The notes beneath the pieces were generated by a model. The model did no database searches. It was given only the letters and a program-made list of their open reading frames with translations, and was not told the DNA's origin. Shown here in pieces: positions 9,323 to 19,827 of a stretch of DNA of 64,000 bases. The stretch lies in IMG/VR virus record IMGVR_UViG_2881966637_000004, positions 16,464 to 80,463 of that record; one strand, 5' to 3'. Position numbers and translations under genes: made by a program. Every line of letters starts with the position of its first letter. Positions within the stretch are counted from its first letter, which is position 1. This stretch comes from a virus (taxonomy: Duplodnaviria; Caudoviricetes).

Positions 9323-10924
9323 ATGACACCCATAACGCCCGGCTTTGCCCCTAACCCCAACTCAGCCCCCTCTCCTACGCTGGCGGCTGCGCTGATGCCG
9401 ACCGAGAATCTGGCCCAGCGCAGGGCGGATCAGCAGGCCGGGCTGTATTTCCAGTCGCAGCTCAACGAGGTGTGGCGGCAGCAGAACGCCGAACGGCAGG
9501 CCGCCATCGTGGACCTGGAAAAGACCAACAACCAGATCGGCAGCATGGGTCTGCTCGGCCCCGACGCCAGCCGGCTCTACAACCAGTTCGCCGAACCCTG
9601 GCGCAGAAAGGTCGAAGACATCATCAAGAACGAATACCAGGGCGACGTGCGTAGGTTCCGGCGCGAGAAGGGCGACTACCTCATGGGCGAGTTCAACACC
9701 ATGCTCACCACCAGCCGGGAGTTGCAGCAGGCCCAGCAGAACAAAACCAACTACGCCCTCTGGCTCAAAGACAAGCAGGATGGCAAGCTGGCCCTGGGCG
9801 ACATGGACACGGCCTTCGCCCAGTTTACCAACGGGGATCGGCCGGACCTGCCCTATGCCGGTGGCTATGAGCCGCCCAAGAATGTCTTCGACCGGATCGC
9901 CAAAGGCACCAAGCCCGGCTACGAGTGGGGGCTGTCGGTCAAGGACGAGCGGGGCAACCACATCGGCTACGCGCCCGTGCCGGCCTCAAGGGAAGACATC
10001 TACCGAGAAGCCCTCAATGACGGGCTCTCTCCCGCCCAAGCCAGCGACTACGTGGACAACAAACTCCGCTATCAGGGCGGGGTGAACTGGGGCATGAAGC
10101 AGCCCGACCCCTACAAGCTCCGTCAGGACGCCATCGAAAACGAGCAGTGGAAGATGAAGTTCAACCAGGCCGAGCGGTTCCAGGCGCAGGACATCGGCGA
10201 ACGCCGGGCCGACCGCGCTGCCCGTGAAAAGGCACGAAAGGAAGAAGCGGCCGCCAAAGCCAAAGTGCCCGGCGCGGGTCTGCCGTCCTACTACGACCGA
10301 CTGTTTTCGACGACGGGCTTCAACGAGCGGTTCCAGGTGCCGGGCCAGTCGGGCCTTTCCTTCCCCCAGCGCAGCGGTATCGTGGCCGGGGAGCGCGACG
10401 CCCTGCTGGCCGCGCTGGGCTACGACGATAAGAACGCCCGCGAGTTGACCAACGCCGACAATCCGGCCATACCACAGGACAAACCCATAAAGGTCAATGC
10501 CGTGACGCCGGGGCAGGTGATGTACCGCGTCGGGGGTGGACAGACGGTGACGGGGCCAGCGGTGATCTCGGCCGACGGCAGCAAGGTCATCCCGATGAAA
10601 GACGGCATCCTGCGCGAAGTGACCGAGATTGATCCCAGCCGCATCATCCAGCTGCCGGCGGCCCGCTTCGGTGGTCCGGCCGGGGTGCCCATCATGGCCG
10701 TCAAGGCGAAGGTCAACCTCAAGGCCGCCGACGGCACAACCAAATTCAATCAGGACGTGTTTATTCCCGTCTCTACCAGCATGAACACCCGAGCGGGCCT
10801 GACCGATCTGACCCCCTTCGGGTCGCCCAACCCCCGCGCTGCGGCCATGCAGCCCACGGGCTACGACGGCCCCGACCAGCCCACCACCCGAACCTACGTC
10901 CAGCAACTCCTTAACGAAGACTGA
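9323..10924 (+). CDS. Putative internal virion/ejection protein
   Basis: 533 aa, strong GC3 bias, helical charged N-half, between two cargo genes. Confidence 0.55.
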   Translation: MTPITPGFAPNPNSAPSPTLAAALMPTENLAQRRADQQAGLYFQSQLNEVWRQQNAERQAAIVDLEKTNNQIGSMGLLGPDASRLYNQFAEPWRRKVEDIIKNEYQGDVRRFRREKGDYLMGEFNTMLTTSRELQQAQQNKTNYALWLKDKQDGKLALGDMDTAFAQFTNGDRPDLPYAGGYEPPKNVFDRIAKGTKPGYEWGLSVKDERGNHIGYAPVPASREDIYREALNDGLSPAQASDYVDNKLRYQGGVNWGMKQPDPYKLRQDAIENEQWKMKFNQAERFQAQDIGERRADRAAREKARKEEAAAKAKVPGAGLPSYYDRLFSTTGFNERFQVPGQSGLSFPQRSGIVAGERDALLAALGYDDKNARELTNADNPAIPQDKPIKVNAVTPGQVMYRVGGGQTVTGPAVISADGSKVIPMKDGILREVTEIDPSRIIQLPAARFGGPAGVPIMAVKAKVNLKAADGTTKFNQDVFIPVSTSMNTRAGLTDLTPFGSPNPRAAAMQPTGYDGPDQPTTRTYVQQLLNED

Positions 10925-13900
10925 TGCAGCCACTACCCCCTTCGCAGTACGGAAAGCCCGCAGCGGCTGCCAGCCCGGCCGACTCGCTGAGCTTCGGCGG
11001 TGATATGCCGCCCGTGCGCAGCAGCCCGCCCGCCTACAAACGCAACGATCCGCTGGTGGCTGGCGTCGCCAAAGCCATTGAGCAAAACGGACTGGGCACC
11101 TACGACCAGGTGATGAACCGCTGGAACAATGCCGTTGCCAAAGGGCCGGACTACGTCGATCAGTTCATGCCCAAGCTCGAAGAGCTGGGCCGCATCGCCG
11201 GCACCGAAATCAACCGGGCGGCCTTTCTGCCGGGTGGGGCCGAGCGGCTGGCCGGCCCTAAGACCGCCCCGCCGTCCGAGCCGGGGCTGGCCGCCACCAC
11301 GCGGGGCGTAGGCAAAGGCCTGTGGAACGGGCTAGTGTCGCTGGCGCAGGGCGTTGTTGAGCTGCCCGAGACGGTACTCGGGGCCGAGCGCGGCATCGAA
11401 GCCGGCATGATGGCCGCCGGTCAGGTGATCAGGGGCGACGTACCCCGCACCGCCGAAGGGTTCGGACAGGCCTTCGACGCGGCCGACCAGCAGATCGGCC
11501 AGTCTTCACTCGGTCTGGGTAAGTCCGACGCGGTGCTGAACCGGTTACGCTCGGTCAGCGAGTTTATCAACAACGGACTCGAACAGGTGAAGTTCGCCGT
11601 CGATCCCAAGACGCTGCTGTCGTATAACGACGGCGTCGAGTGGACAGGTGCGCTGGACGAAGGCACCGGGGCGGCCCTGGGCGAAGGACTCTTCACCGCC
11701 ATCTCGGCAATGGCCCCCGCGCTGGGAGCCGCCAGGATCGGCCAGCTTCCCAAACTCATCCGGGCCGCCGAGCTGGCCGGTGATCTGGCCGAAGCGGGCG
11801 TCCTGACAGCTCGCCTGCGCCAGACGCAGATGGGCCTCTCTACGCTGTCGTCCACCGTTTCGATGGTTCGCCCCATCACCGAAGAAGCCAGGGCTGCTGG
11901 CCTCTCGCCTACCGAGACGAGCCTGTTTGCTGGCCTGCTGGCTCCCGTCATGGGGGTGATGGAAAGCCGGCTCGGCATCGAAAAGAACTTTTTCGCGGGA
12001 GCCGGCCGCAGCATCCGCGACTCGGCCATCAAGGCGGGCCTCGCCGAACTGCGGGCGGGCGTCAGTGAAGCCTCGCTGCGTCAGGCGGCCAAATCCACCA
12101 CCAACGCCCTGATGCGGGGCATCAAGGCGGCCCCGGCCAACATCCTCGAAGGGGTCATCAAAGAAGGGGTCTACGAAGAAGGGCTGCAGTCGGCGGGCGA
12201 AGAGTTCGCCAAGCTGATCTTCAACAACACCGTTGGGGCCAATGCCGCCACGGGCAAGGGGCAGTTCGACCAGTCCATGAACAGCGTGCTCAACAACATC
12301 ATCGGCTCCATGTCGATGGGCGCAGCGGTGGGCGGCTTTCTCAATACGTTCCATAACTCGGGCGCGATGACGCCAACGCTCTTCGGGGCCATCGACCAGC
12401 GCATCCGCGAGGGTCAGGGCGTCGAAGACGTGCAGCAGTGGCTGAGTCCGATGCTGGACGGCCTGGACAGTCAGCCGAACCTATCGCCCCAGGCGCGGCA
12501 AGAGATACGCCAGAACGCGGCCGACCTCATCGACGTGGCCATGCGCTTCTCGCGCCTGCCGAACACGACCGCCTTTCAGCGGTATCAGTATTACGACATC
12601 ACCCGCAATCACATCCCCGAAGTCAGCGGCCGGATCATGGCCGCCGAAGCGGTCGCCAACGAACTACCTGCCCTGCAGGAACAGTACGCAGCGGCCCAGG
12701 GTGACGATAAGATCGACATTGCCGCCCGGATCGCCGAGATCAACGCGGCCCTGCCCGAAGGATACAGCGACAGCGAACGGGCCAAAGATGACCGCCGGAT
12801 GCGCTTTCTCACCGATCAGGTGGACGGACTGCTGACGGGCCGCCAGGCCACAGCCGTCTCGGAAGGGCTGGGCCATATCGACCGGCTGGACGTGGGGATG
12901 CTGGCCAGCGGACAGGGCGAGAACGGGCCCGTGTCCGGCTCTATCGTAGACATCTCCGCCGACGGTCAGCGGGTCACCATCAGCCAGCCGACCGAAGATG
13001 GTCAGCCGGACGTACCCGTCACCCTGCCCGCCGGTAAAGTCGTTGTGCGCAACGAAGCCGACATGGCTCCCCCATCGGTCAGCGTCGCCAATCCGCGCAC
13101 CGTCGCCGAGGAGCCCGGCTTTGTCACCGCCGAGATCAAACCGCTGTCGGCTTACCAGCCCGGCGAGTTCGTCCGGCTGTCGGGCATCGCCGACCCTATC
13201 CGCGTGGACGCCGTCAGCAGCGAGGACGGTCAGGTGCCGACGATCACCCTGGCGATGCCGGGTGAGGGCGGGGTTACGTCCCAGACCTACGACATGGAGC
13301 AGCTACTGAGCGACGCCGACAACGGCTTTATCGGCGGCTACGATCCCGAGCTGGCTCTGCAGCAGGAAGCCAACGCCCGGCGCGAGGCCCAGACCAACCA
13401 GCTTCGCGCCAGGCTGGAAGCCAAACTCAGCCCGACGACGGTAGCCGCCATCAACGCCCTGCCGGACGCGGCCCTGCTGGGTCGGCGCGACGGCTTCAAG
13501 GGGCGTACCGTGGCCGCCGACGAGCGGCCCCTGCGCGACTACATCAACTTCATCGCCGATCAGCGCGGCCTGACCGCTGCCCCCGCCAATGAAACAAACC
13601 CGACCAGTCCCTCACCCACGCCCGATTCGCCCCAGCCCGTATCCACGGCGGCCGATCCCCAGTCTATCCTGGAAAACGGGCCGGTAGCCTACGACCCCGA
13701 GAACGGCATCGTCCTGATCAACGGCCTGCCCTATACGCTGCCCGAGGGGCAGGTGCTGGCCGACGCCTTCGCCTACGACAAGAACGGCAAACTCTTCGGC
13801 GTGAAGCTGGTGGACAGCAAAGGTGTCGAGCGGACCATCCGCAAGGGCGATGTGCTTTCTGCCTTGCAGGTGCTCGATCTGCAGGCGCAGATGAGTGCGC

Positions 13901-16900
13901 TGCCGGGGCCGGTGGTTGGTCAGGCCATCGAAGAAGCCATCGCCGACACCCAGGCCGAAGCCGCCGAGTCGGCCACCGACCCCGACGCGCTGACGCCCGT
14001 AGGCCAGCAGCGCATGAACCAGGCTGTCGCCCTGTTCGACGCGGTCTATTCGTCGGATACGGTAGCGCAGATCGTGCAGGCGCAGGGTGAAGGCTTTACC
14101 GCCGATGAGATCGGCGCGGCCAGCTCGGTCGTGCAGTCGGTAGCGGCTCAGCTCGAAGCCATGCGCCCAGGCGACGGCCTGATCGCATCCGACGCCGAGG
14201 TGCTGGGTCGCTATATTGACGAAAATATACCCGGCTTGTACCAGGTAAACGAAGTGCTTACCACGCTTTATGAATTAGCCCAAACCAACAATGGAGAGTC
14301 CACAACCCCGGCCGGAAACCCCGCCGACAATACAGACCAGCCCGGTGCAGTGGCAGAACCCGGCCAGGGCCAAAGCGATCCGCTCCCTGCCGATGCAGGC
14401 GTTGCTGTTCAACCTGAACCGGCAGCTGCACCGCCTGCCGCCGACCCAACGCCAGCAGGTGCTGAGCCGGCTGTCGCAGTCGCTGGCAACGATCAGCCCG
14501 ATGGTAGCGTTGCGGACGGAGCAGTTGCAGAACCAGGTGCGCCAGCAAATCCAGACGGCGGTACGGCTCCCGTTGGGAATCCGGACGCGCTGAACCAGCC
14601 CGTCTCCGACAGCGACTACCGCGCCTTCCGGCAAGACCCGTCGGGTTTCCTGCTCACGCCCGAACTGGCGCAGGGCATCGCCGACCGCATCCGCGAAGGC
14701 CGCTCCGACACCCGCGATCAGGTGATCTACCAGAACCGCCGGGCCGAGATTGACCCCCTCATCGCCCGTGGCCGGGGGCTGACGACGACTCCGGCTACTC
14801 CCCCGTCCGGCATGGCTGACATCAACCTGGACGGCATGGACGCTACCGATCTCGAACTGGCCGCTGCCGAAAGCGGACGAGCAGCCACGCCCCTGTCCGT
14901 GAGGTCTTCGACCGTGGAAGCTGCGGTGGGCATGGATGTGCAGGTGGGCCGCACCAACCCCTTCGAGGCCAAGATCATTGGCTTCACCGAAGACGGGCAG
15001 GTGGTGGTGAACCGCGACCGACTGGGTAAGAAAGGTAAGTTCACCTACCCCCTCGACGCCGTGCGGGACGGGCGGGGCGTTCGCTCCCTGACGCTGCCGG
15101 CCAACATCCACGAAGCCAACGCAGCCGCCGTGGCCGCTCCATCTACCCCCTCGGTGGGTGAACCCGTCGCGGCCCAAAACGTTGCCGTCGAAGGCTACTA
15201 CAAAAACTATACGCTGCCGGGAGCCGGCAAGAAAGGTTACCTCGTCCGCGTGGCGGCCCTGAACACCACCGCCGACGGCAAGGTCATTGCCGACGTGTAC
15301 GTCGTGGCTACCAAAGAACGCCGGTCGATCCTGGCCAGCAAGCTCATGGAAGCCAGCGAGGCCGAGCAGAACCAGGCGAAGGCACTGGTGGACAAAGCCA
15401 TTCCCAAGCGGCTGCCGACGATCCGGGAGCAGCGGGTGCCCGACGGACGAACGCTGACATCTGACCCCATCGGCCGGGCCCGGCTTGAAGCGATGGCCAG
15501 CCGGCTCGGCAACGCCTTTCCGAGGGTGCGGGTCGAGATACTGTCCAACGAGGCCATGACCGAAGGCTTCGGCGAGGGGTTACTGGGCAGCGTTCGGGAC
15601 GGGGTCGTCTACCTCAACGCCGACTACGCCACCGCCGACGCGCCCATCCACGAATTTGGCCACGTCTACACCACCCTGGCCAAAGCCGAGATGCCCGACC
15701 TCTACCAGTCGGGTCTGGACCTGGTGCGGGGCAGCGAGTACGAAAGCCGGGTGCGGGATACCTACGCCGGCCGGGGGCTCAGCGATGAGCAGCTACTCGA
15801 AGAAGCCCTGGTTACCGCCATCGGCGAACGCGGGGCCGCCATGACCCGGCCCACTATCGCTAAGCGGTTCGCCACCTGGCTGCGGGTGATGATGAAGCGG
15901 ATCGGCGCGAAGCTGGGCCTGACCCTTTCGCCCGAGACGACCCTGGACGCCTTCGCCGACGCCCGTGCCGAAGAACTCCTCGCCGGACTACCCCTCTCGC
16001 TGGCGACCAGTGAGCAGATCGGCGACCTGTCGGCGCAGCTGGACATGGCCCCCGACCGGGCCCGGCTGCACACGGGCCCACTGCCGGCGGTGATCGACAA
16101 CAACTGGCTGGCCCAGCACACACTCAGTAAAGACCAGCAGGATCAGCTGCTGCAGTACGGCTGGGCGTCGCCCGACCCCGATACCGGGGAGATGGTGCGC
16201 GTCGCGCCCGACCTGGCCGCCCAGCAGGCCGACGTGGATACGGCCCGCCAACTCTACAAAGGCAAGCTGTATGCCGCCCTGCGCACCGCAGCCTACACGA
16301 TGGACATCCGCAACCTCGCCCGGCTGGTGTACGGCGAGGGTAGCAAAACGGCCAAGAACCTGATCGGCCTGCTGGATGCGTCGCGCAACCGCACGGCGGG
16401 TCTGCAGGTCATCAAGCACGACGCCCTCAACGCCCTCTACGAAACCGGCCGGGGGCTGACGACGCACCGCTCCCTGACGGCGGTAGAAGATGTGCCCCGA
16501 TTCTCCACCACCGCCGTCGTCAACGGACAGGCGGGCAGTATCGACATTCCGGTGGACCGGGTGCTGACCATCGTGGCCCAGCACAAGACCATCATGGCCA
16601 ACACCAACGGCGGCAGGAAACTGGTGAACGGGGTAGAGACGCGCATTACCCCACCCGTCTTCGAGATGATCTCGCCCGACGACGACACGCAGACGCTCAG
16701 CGTTGCGCTGAGTCTGGACGAGCTGCGCGACCTGGAAGCCCGCGTCGATGCCGACCCCACCCTGACGCAGATGCTGGACACCTGGCGGACGATGCGCGAC
16801 GGCTTCGCCCCGGTGGTGGCCGACACCTACCAGACCTCGACGGGCGGCAGCCTGCGGCTCTACAACGAATACTTCCCCCTGCGCACCATCCGCGACGAGA

Positions 16901-18561
16901 AAGAAATCAACCGGCGCAGTGTCAGCCAGACCGTTGAGGATGTTGGTCTGCTGCAAAGCCGCACGGGTATTCCGTCCCGGCTGATCGTAGAGCCCTTTAC
17001 GGCGGTGGTGGAACGCTACGCTAGGCAGGCCGAAAGCTACGTGCAGTACCAGCCGGTGTACGCCGAGATGGAGCGGCTGCACGTAGCCCAGGCCAACGGC
17101 TATACCGGCAACCAGAAAAACTACTGGAAGTCGGTAGGGCTCGGCGGTACGGGCGGGCCGGAGTCGGCCTGGCTGACGGCGATGGACCGGCTGGGCAAAC
17201 CCCATGTCAGCCGCAACCAGTACGCGGTTTCTATAATGGGACTGAGTGTGGGAAATCTAATGAAGAGAGCGACCATTAGTCGGTTTGCTACTAACTTTTC
17301 AGTAGGTCTCAAACAGACCACTGGCTATATTGCAGCCTTTGGATCAGGTTTCATTGACAGTAAATACTTATGGACCGAGATGCCCCACTACGGCAAGATG
17401 ATCGGCGAGAGCTACGTACTCATCGGGCGGGGCGGCAAACCCGAGTGGTATAACGGCAGCCCGACCGACTTTGATCTGGCCGAGCAGGAGCTGCGTCAGG
17501 TCGCCCAGCTACCGGGCGGGGAAGCTGCCAACGTCCTGCTGTGGCGTCTGCTGGGCGAAGCCACGCCGGATGTTGACTTTGACACATGGCAACAGTATAG
17601 TCAAAATCCGACCCGAACCAAGCGGATTGGTCAGAAAATGAGGGGCTTTATTGAAGAGTATGGATTGTCTGCCATTCAGCGGGCGGACAAGGCCGTCGTG
17701 GCCTCTTTTTACCGGGCGGCACTGGCCCAGGCGCAGGACACCATGCCGACGGCTTCGCCCGAGGAGCATCGGCTGGACGCGGCCCGCCGGGCGGTGGGGG
17801 CTCTCTACTACTCCAACCAGACCTACGATCAGACCGACCGGGCGGCCATCCAGATGATTGACAACCCGGTGGCTAGAATGATGAATATGTATCGGGGGCA
17901 GGCTGCCAAGATTTCCAACACCACTTACCAGCGTATTCTGGAAGCCGGCGCGGCTACCGACCCTACCCTCAAGGCGCAAGCCAGGGGTAGATTAGCCCTT
18001 CAACTGGGCTTGAACGCGGTCATTATTCCTGCCATTACCGCAGCCATCAATGCGCTGGCAAAGTACGTCAGAAACTTATTGGCCGACGATGAAGAAAAGC
18101 GGAAAACAGAAACGGACGAATATTTCTGGGATGTGGCGTCACAGACGCTGTCCACGTACCTGCCGCCCATTGCCAATGAGCTTGTTGGTGGGGCAATTGC
18201 CACCCTGCAAGACAAGCCGTGGGCGGATGAGATGTTTACGGAGACCGGCCTCAATGGCGTTGGTAAGTTCTTTTTCCATGCCGTGTCCCTGATTCGATTT
18301 GTGGGGCCGTTCGGTGAGTTTAAAAATGAAGCCGACTACGAAAAGCAACTCAACAAAGAAATACAGAGTCTGCTCCGTTCGGGAGCGGAGGTGGGCGGCA
18401 TTCCTCAAGAAGTTATTAGGCAGATTAATATTCAGATCAACAACCAACTACCGCAGAAGGCGATAAGAAAAGAGCCGACTAGCTACACTGGGTTTGAAGT
18501 AATCAGTGGCGACGCCCCGACGGGTGGAGACCAGAAACGCATTCGCTCATCTCCCTACTAA
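10924..18561 (+). CDS. Giant virion ejection (polyvalent-type) protein with a zincin-like HEFGH domain
   Basis: 2545 aa. VYLNADYATADAPIHEFGHVY (HExxH at 15649-15663) followed by EEALV resembles the metallopeptidase domains of phage polyvalent proteins; Pro/Ala linkers separate domains. Confidence 0.7.
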   Translation: MQPLPPSQYGKPAAAASPADSLSFGGDMPPVRSSPPAYKRNDPLVAGVAKAIEQNGLGTYDQVMNRWNNAVAKGPDYVDQFMPKLEELGRIAGTEINRAAFLPGGAERLAGPKTAPPSEPGLAATTRGVGKGLWNGLVSLAQGVVELPETVLGAERGIEAGMMAAGQVIRGDVPRTAEGFGQAFDAADQQIGQSSLGLGKSDAVLNRLRSVSEFINNGLEQVKFAVDPKTLLSYNDGVEWTGALDEGTGAALGEGLFTAISAMAPALGAARIGQLPKLIRAAELAGDLAEAGVLTARLRQTQMGLSTLSSTVSMVRPITEEARAAGLSPTETSLFAGLLAPVMGVMESRLGIEKNFFAGAGRSIRDSAIKAGLAELRAGVSEASLRQAAKSTTNALMRGIKAAPANILEGVIKEGVYEEGLQSAGEEFAKLIFNNTVGANAATGKGQFDQSMNSVLNNIIGSMSMGAAVGGFLNTFHNSGAMTPTLFGAIDQRIREGQGVEDVQQWLSPMLDGLDSQPNLSPQARQEIRQNAADLIDVAMRFSRLPNTTAFQRYQYYDITRNHIPEVSGRIMAAEAVANELPALQEQYAAAQGDDKIDIAARIAEINAALPEGYSDSERAKDDRRMRFLTDQVDGLLTGRQATAVSEGLGHIDRLDVGMLASGQGENGPVSGSIVDISADGQRVTISQPTEDGQPDVPVTLPAGKVVVRNEADMAPPSVSVANPRTVAEEPGFVTAEIKPLSAYQPGEFVRLSGIADPIRVDAVSSEDGQVPTITLAMPGEGGVTSQTYDMEQLLSDADNGFIGGYDPELALQQEANARREAQTNQLRARLEAKLSPTTVAAINALPDAALLGRRDGFKGRTVAADERPLRDYINFIADQRGLTAAPANETNPTSPSPTPDSPQPVSTAADPQSILENGPVAYDPENGIVLINGLPYTLPEGQVLADAFAYDKNGKLFGVKLVDSKGVERTIRKGDVLSALQVLDLQAQMSALPGPVVGQAIEEAIADTQAEAAESATDPDALTPVGQQRMNQAVALFDAVYSSDTVAQIVQAQGEGFTADEIGAASSVVQSVAAQLEAMRPGDGLIASDAEVLGRYIDENIPGLYQVNEVLTTLYELAQTNNGESTTPAGNPADNTDQPGAVAEPGQGQSDPLPADAGVAVQPEPAAAPPAADPTPAGAEPAVAVAGNDQPDGSVADGAVAEPGAPANPDGGTAPVGNPDALNQPVSDSDYRAFRQDPSGFLLTPELAQGIADRIREGRSDTRDQVIYQNRRAEIDPLIARGRGLTTTPATPPSGMADINLDGMDATDLELAAAESGRAATPLSVRSSTVEAAVGMDVQVGRTNPFEAKIIGFTEDGQVVVNRDRLGKKGKFTYPLDAVRDGRGVRSLTLPANIHEANAAAVAAPSTPSVGEPVAAQNVAVEGYYKNYTLPGAGKKGYLVRVAALNTTADGKVIADVYVVATKERRSILASKLMEASEAEQNQAKALVDKAIPKRLPTIREQRVPDGRTLTSDPIGRARLEAMASRLGNAFPRVRVEILSNEAMTEGFGEGLLGSVRDGVVYLNADYATADAPIHEFGHVYTTLAKAEMPDLYQSGLDLVRGSEYESRVRDTYAGRGLSDEQLLEEALVTAIGERGAAMTRPTIAKRFATWLRVMMKRIGAKLGLTLSPETTLDAFADARAEELLAGLPLSLATSEQIGDLSAQLDMAPDRARLHTGPLPAVIDNNWLAQHTLSKDQQDQLLQYGWASPDPDTGEMVRVAPDLAAQQADVDTARQLYKGKLYAALRTAAYTMDIRNLARLVYGEGSKTAKNLIGLLDASRNRTAGLQVIKHDALNALYETGRGLTTHRSLTAVEDVPRFSTTAVVNGQAGSIDIPVDRVLTIVAQHKTIMANTNGGRKLVNGVETRITPPVFEMISPDDDTQTLSVALSLDELRDLEARVDADPTLTQMLDTWRTMRDGFAPVVADTYQTSTGGSLRLYNEYFPLRTIRDEKEINRRSVSQTVEDVGLLQSRTGIPSRLIVEPFTAVVERYARQAESYVQYQPVYAEMERLHVAQANGYTGNQKNYWKSVGLGGTGGPESAWLTAMDRLGKPHVSRNQYAVSIMGLSVGNLMKRATISRFATNFSVGLKQTTGYIAAFGSGFIDSKYLWTEMPHYGKMIGESYVLIGRGGKPEWYNGSPTDFDLAEQELRQVAQLPGGEAANVLLWRLLGEATPDVDFDTWQQYSQNPTRTKRIGQKMRGFIEEYGLSAIQRADKAVVASFYRAALAQAQDTMPTASPEEHRLDAARRAVGALYYSNQTYDQTDRAAIQMIDNPVARMMNMYRGQAAKISNTTYQRILEAGAATDPTLKAQARGRLALQLGLNAVIIPAITAAINALAKYVRNLLADDEEKRKTETDEYFWDVASQTLSTYLPPIANELVGGAIATLQDKPWADEMFTETGLNGVGKFFFHAVSLIRFVGPFGEFKNEADYEKQLNKEIQSLLRSGAEVGGIPQEVIRQINIQINNQLPQKAIRKEPTSYTGFEVISGDAPTGGDQKRIRSSPY

Positions 18562-18623
18562 GGGTAGTATTCATAGCGGAGTGGCTTTTGGTGTGCGTTG
18601 CATCACTAAACGCCCCTTTACGT

Positions 18624-18995
18624 ATGTTGCAGGCTTGGTTTTTATTTGGAATCCTGTCCTTTTCGGTAGCAACGGCTTACCTATGGCAAGAGGGAGAGTT
18701 CAAAAAAATGAATCTATTTGATTTTTTTGACTACTCGTTTCCAGCAATTATGTACGGTCCAATTGGCTTTATTTATTTGCTGTATCAAATGCCAACGCCA
18801 TACAACAAATACAAGAAGTATGGTGCAATGCTGGTAATTGTTTCCTTTCTATTTATTTCGGTAACTGAGGGAACGAAGGAGTTTATCGGCTGCGTGTGTA
18901 AAGATGGATGGAGAAGTCCCTCCACGGGGCGAGGCACTTGCTCTTGGCACGGAGGGATTGACTACTACGATTACAAGTACTGGTGGGATAAATAA
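18624..18995 (+). CDS. Membrane protein with C-terminal DUF3761-like CxDGxxS...GTCSxHGG motif
   Basis: CVCKDGWRSPSTGRGTCSWHGGID preceded by 2-3 hydrophobic segments; AT-rich; start codon uncertain (18588, 18624 or 18708). Confidence 0.6.
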   Translation: MLQAWFLFGILSFSVATAYLWQEGEFKKMNLFDFFDYSFPAIMYGPIGFIYLLYQMPTPYNKYKKYGAMLVIVSFLFISVTEGTKEFIGCVCKDGWRSPSTGRGTCSWHGGIDYYDYKYWWDK

Positions 18996-19002
18996 GAGTC
19001 TT

Positions 19003-19416
19003 TTAGTCCTCAATGCGCTTCTCACGGTACTCAATGTATAGATCACCACCCAGCGCATTGAATAGATCACCCAGCGTCTTCAACCCCAACTTGCGCCTAC
19101 CCTGTTCAATGTTGCCAATGACGGGAGCCGGATAGCCGATGGCCTCCCCTAGTTCGGCCTGAGTCATACCTCGAAGCTTCCTAAGGGATGTGATCAGCTC
19201 CGGCATGGCGTCAGGTGTATTAGATAGCCGCAGCCCACCACCCGGCAGCAACTCACCCGGTATGTTGATCTCCTCTACTTCAAAGGCCGGCGTATCTACA
19301 TTGTCGTTACTGGCTTCGCTTGACCAGCCCGGCCCACCCGACTGCATCCGGTCGGCTAAAGTGCTACCCTCGTCTATCGGGTCATCAATATCTTGTTCTT
19401 CGTTTGGCTCATTCAT
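19003..19416 (-). CDS. XRE/Cro-C1 family HTH regulator with acidic N-terminus
   Basis: LRKLRGMTQAELGEAIGYPAPVIGNIEQGRRKLGLKTL is a canonical HTH_3 pattern. Confidence 0.8.
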   Translation of the reverse strand: MNEPNEEQDIDDPIDEGSTLADRMQSGGPGWSSEASNDNVDTPAFEVEEINIPGELLPGGGLRLSNTPDAMPELITSLRKLRGMTQAELGEAIGYPAPVIGNIEQGRRKLGLKTLGDLFNALGGDLYIEYREKRIED

Positions 19417-19439
19417 ACGCTAGTACGTCTTTTCTGTAT

Positions 19440-19721
19440 CTAATCCCTCCTATCTTCTTGCATCCAGGCCAACAATTCCGATGATTTAAACGAAAGTCTA
19501 TTGCCCCTTTTAAAGTGAGGTATTTTTCGTTGAGCTACCAAAGCATAAACCCTAGCTCGGCTGAGCCTGGTAATCTCTGCTGCAGCCCGAATACCTATAA
19601 TGTCGCTAACAGGACTAGGCGTGTTAGTCTGTTGGTATTCTTGCATCGCTAACTTAACAGCCGCGTTGATTATTTTGGTTAAATCCTCCACTCTGAGTGG
19701 CGATAATAATATATCGTGCAT
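19440..19721 (-). CDS. Excisionase/AlpA-like HTH protein
   Basis: IIGIRAAAEITRLSRARVYALVAQRKIPHFKRGNRLSFKSSELLAWM is a canonical HTH_17 pattern. Confidence 0.8.
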   Translation of the reverse strand: MHDILLSPLRVEDLTKIINAAVKLAMQEYQQTNTPSPVSDIIGIRAAAEITRLSRARVYALVAQRKIPHFKRGNRLSFKSSELLAWMQEDRRD

Positions 19722-19741
19722 TGTTTTATTTTGTTTTGGTT

Positions 19742-19767
19742 GTCAACTAATATCAATTTAAATCAAC
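19742..19767 (+). promoter_or_regulatory. Triple box GTCAAC TAAT ATCAAT TTAA ATCAAC
   Basis: Three units at 10-bp period in the divergent intergenic region. Confidence 0.6.
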
Positions 19768-19827
19768 TATCTACGCAACCATAATGATCGACTGGATAGT
19801 TCCCCGTTTGGCATTTGTTGAAAATCT

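Noticed and set aside
17569-17583. DVDFD (DxDxD) in the giant protein as a crAss virion RNA polymerase active site
   Set aside because: Register and context differ from the DFDxD catalytic loop, and no flanking double-psi-barrel motifs are visible; an HHpred hit to RNAP would overturn this.
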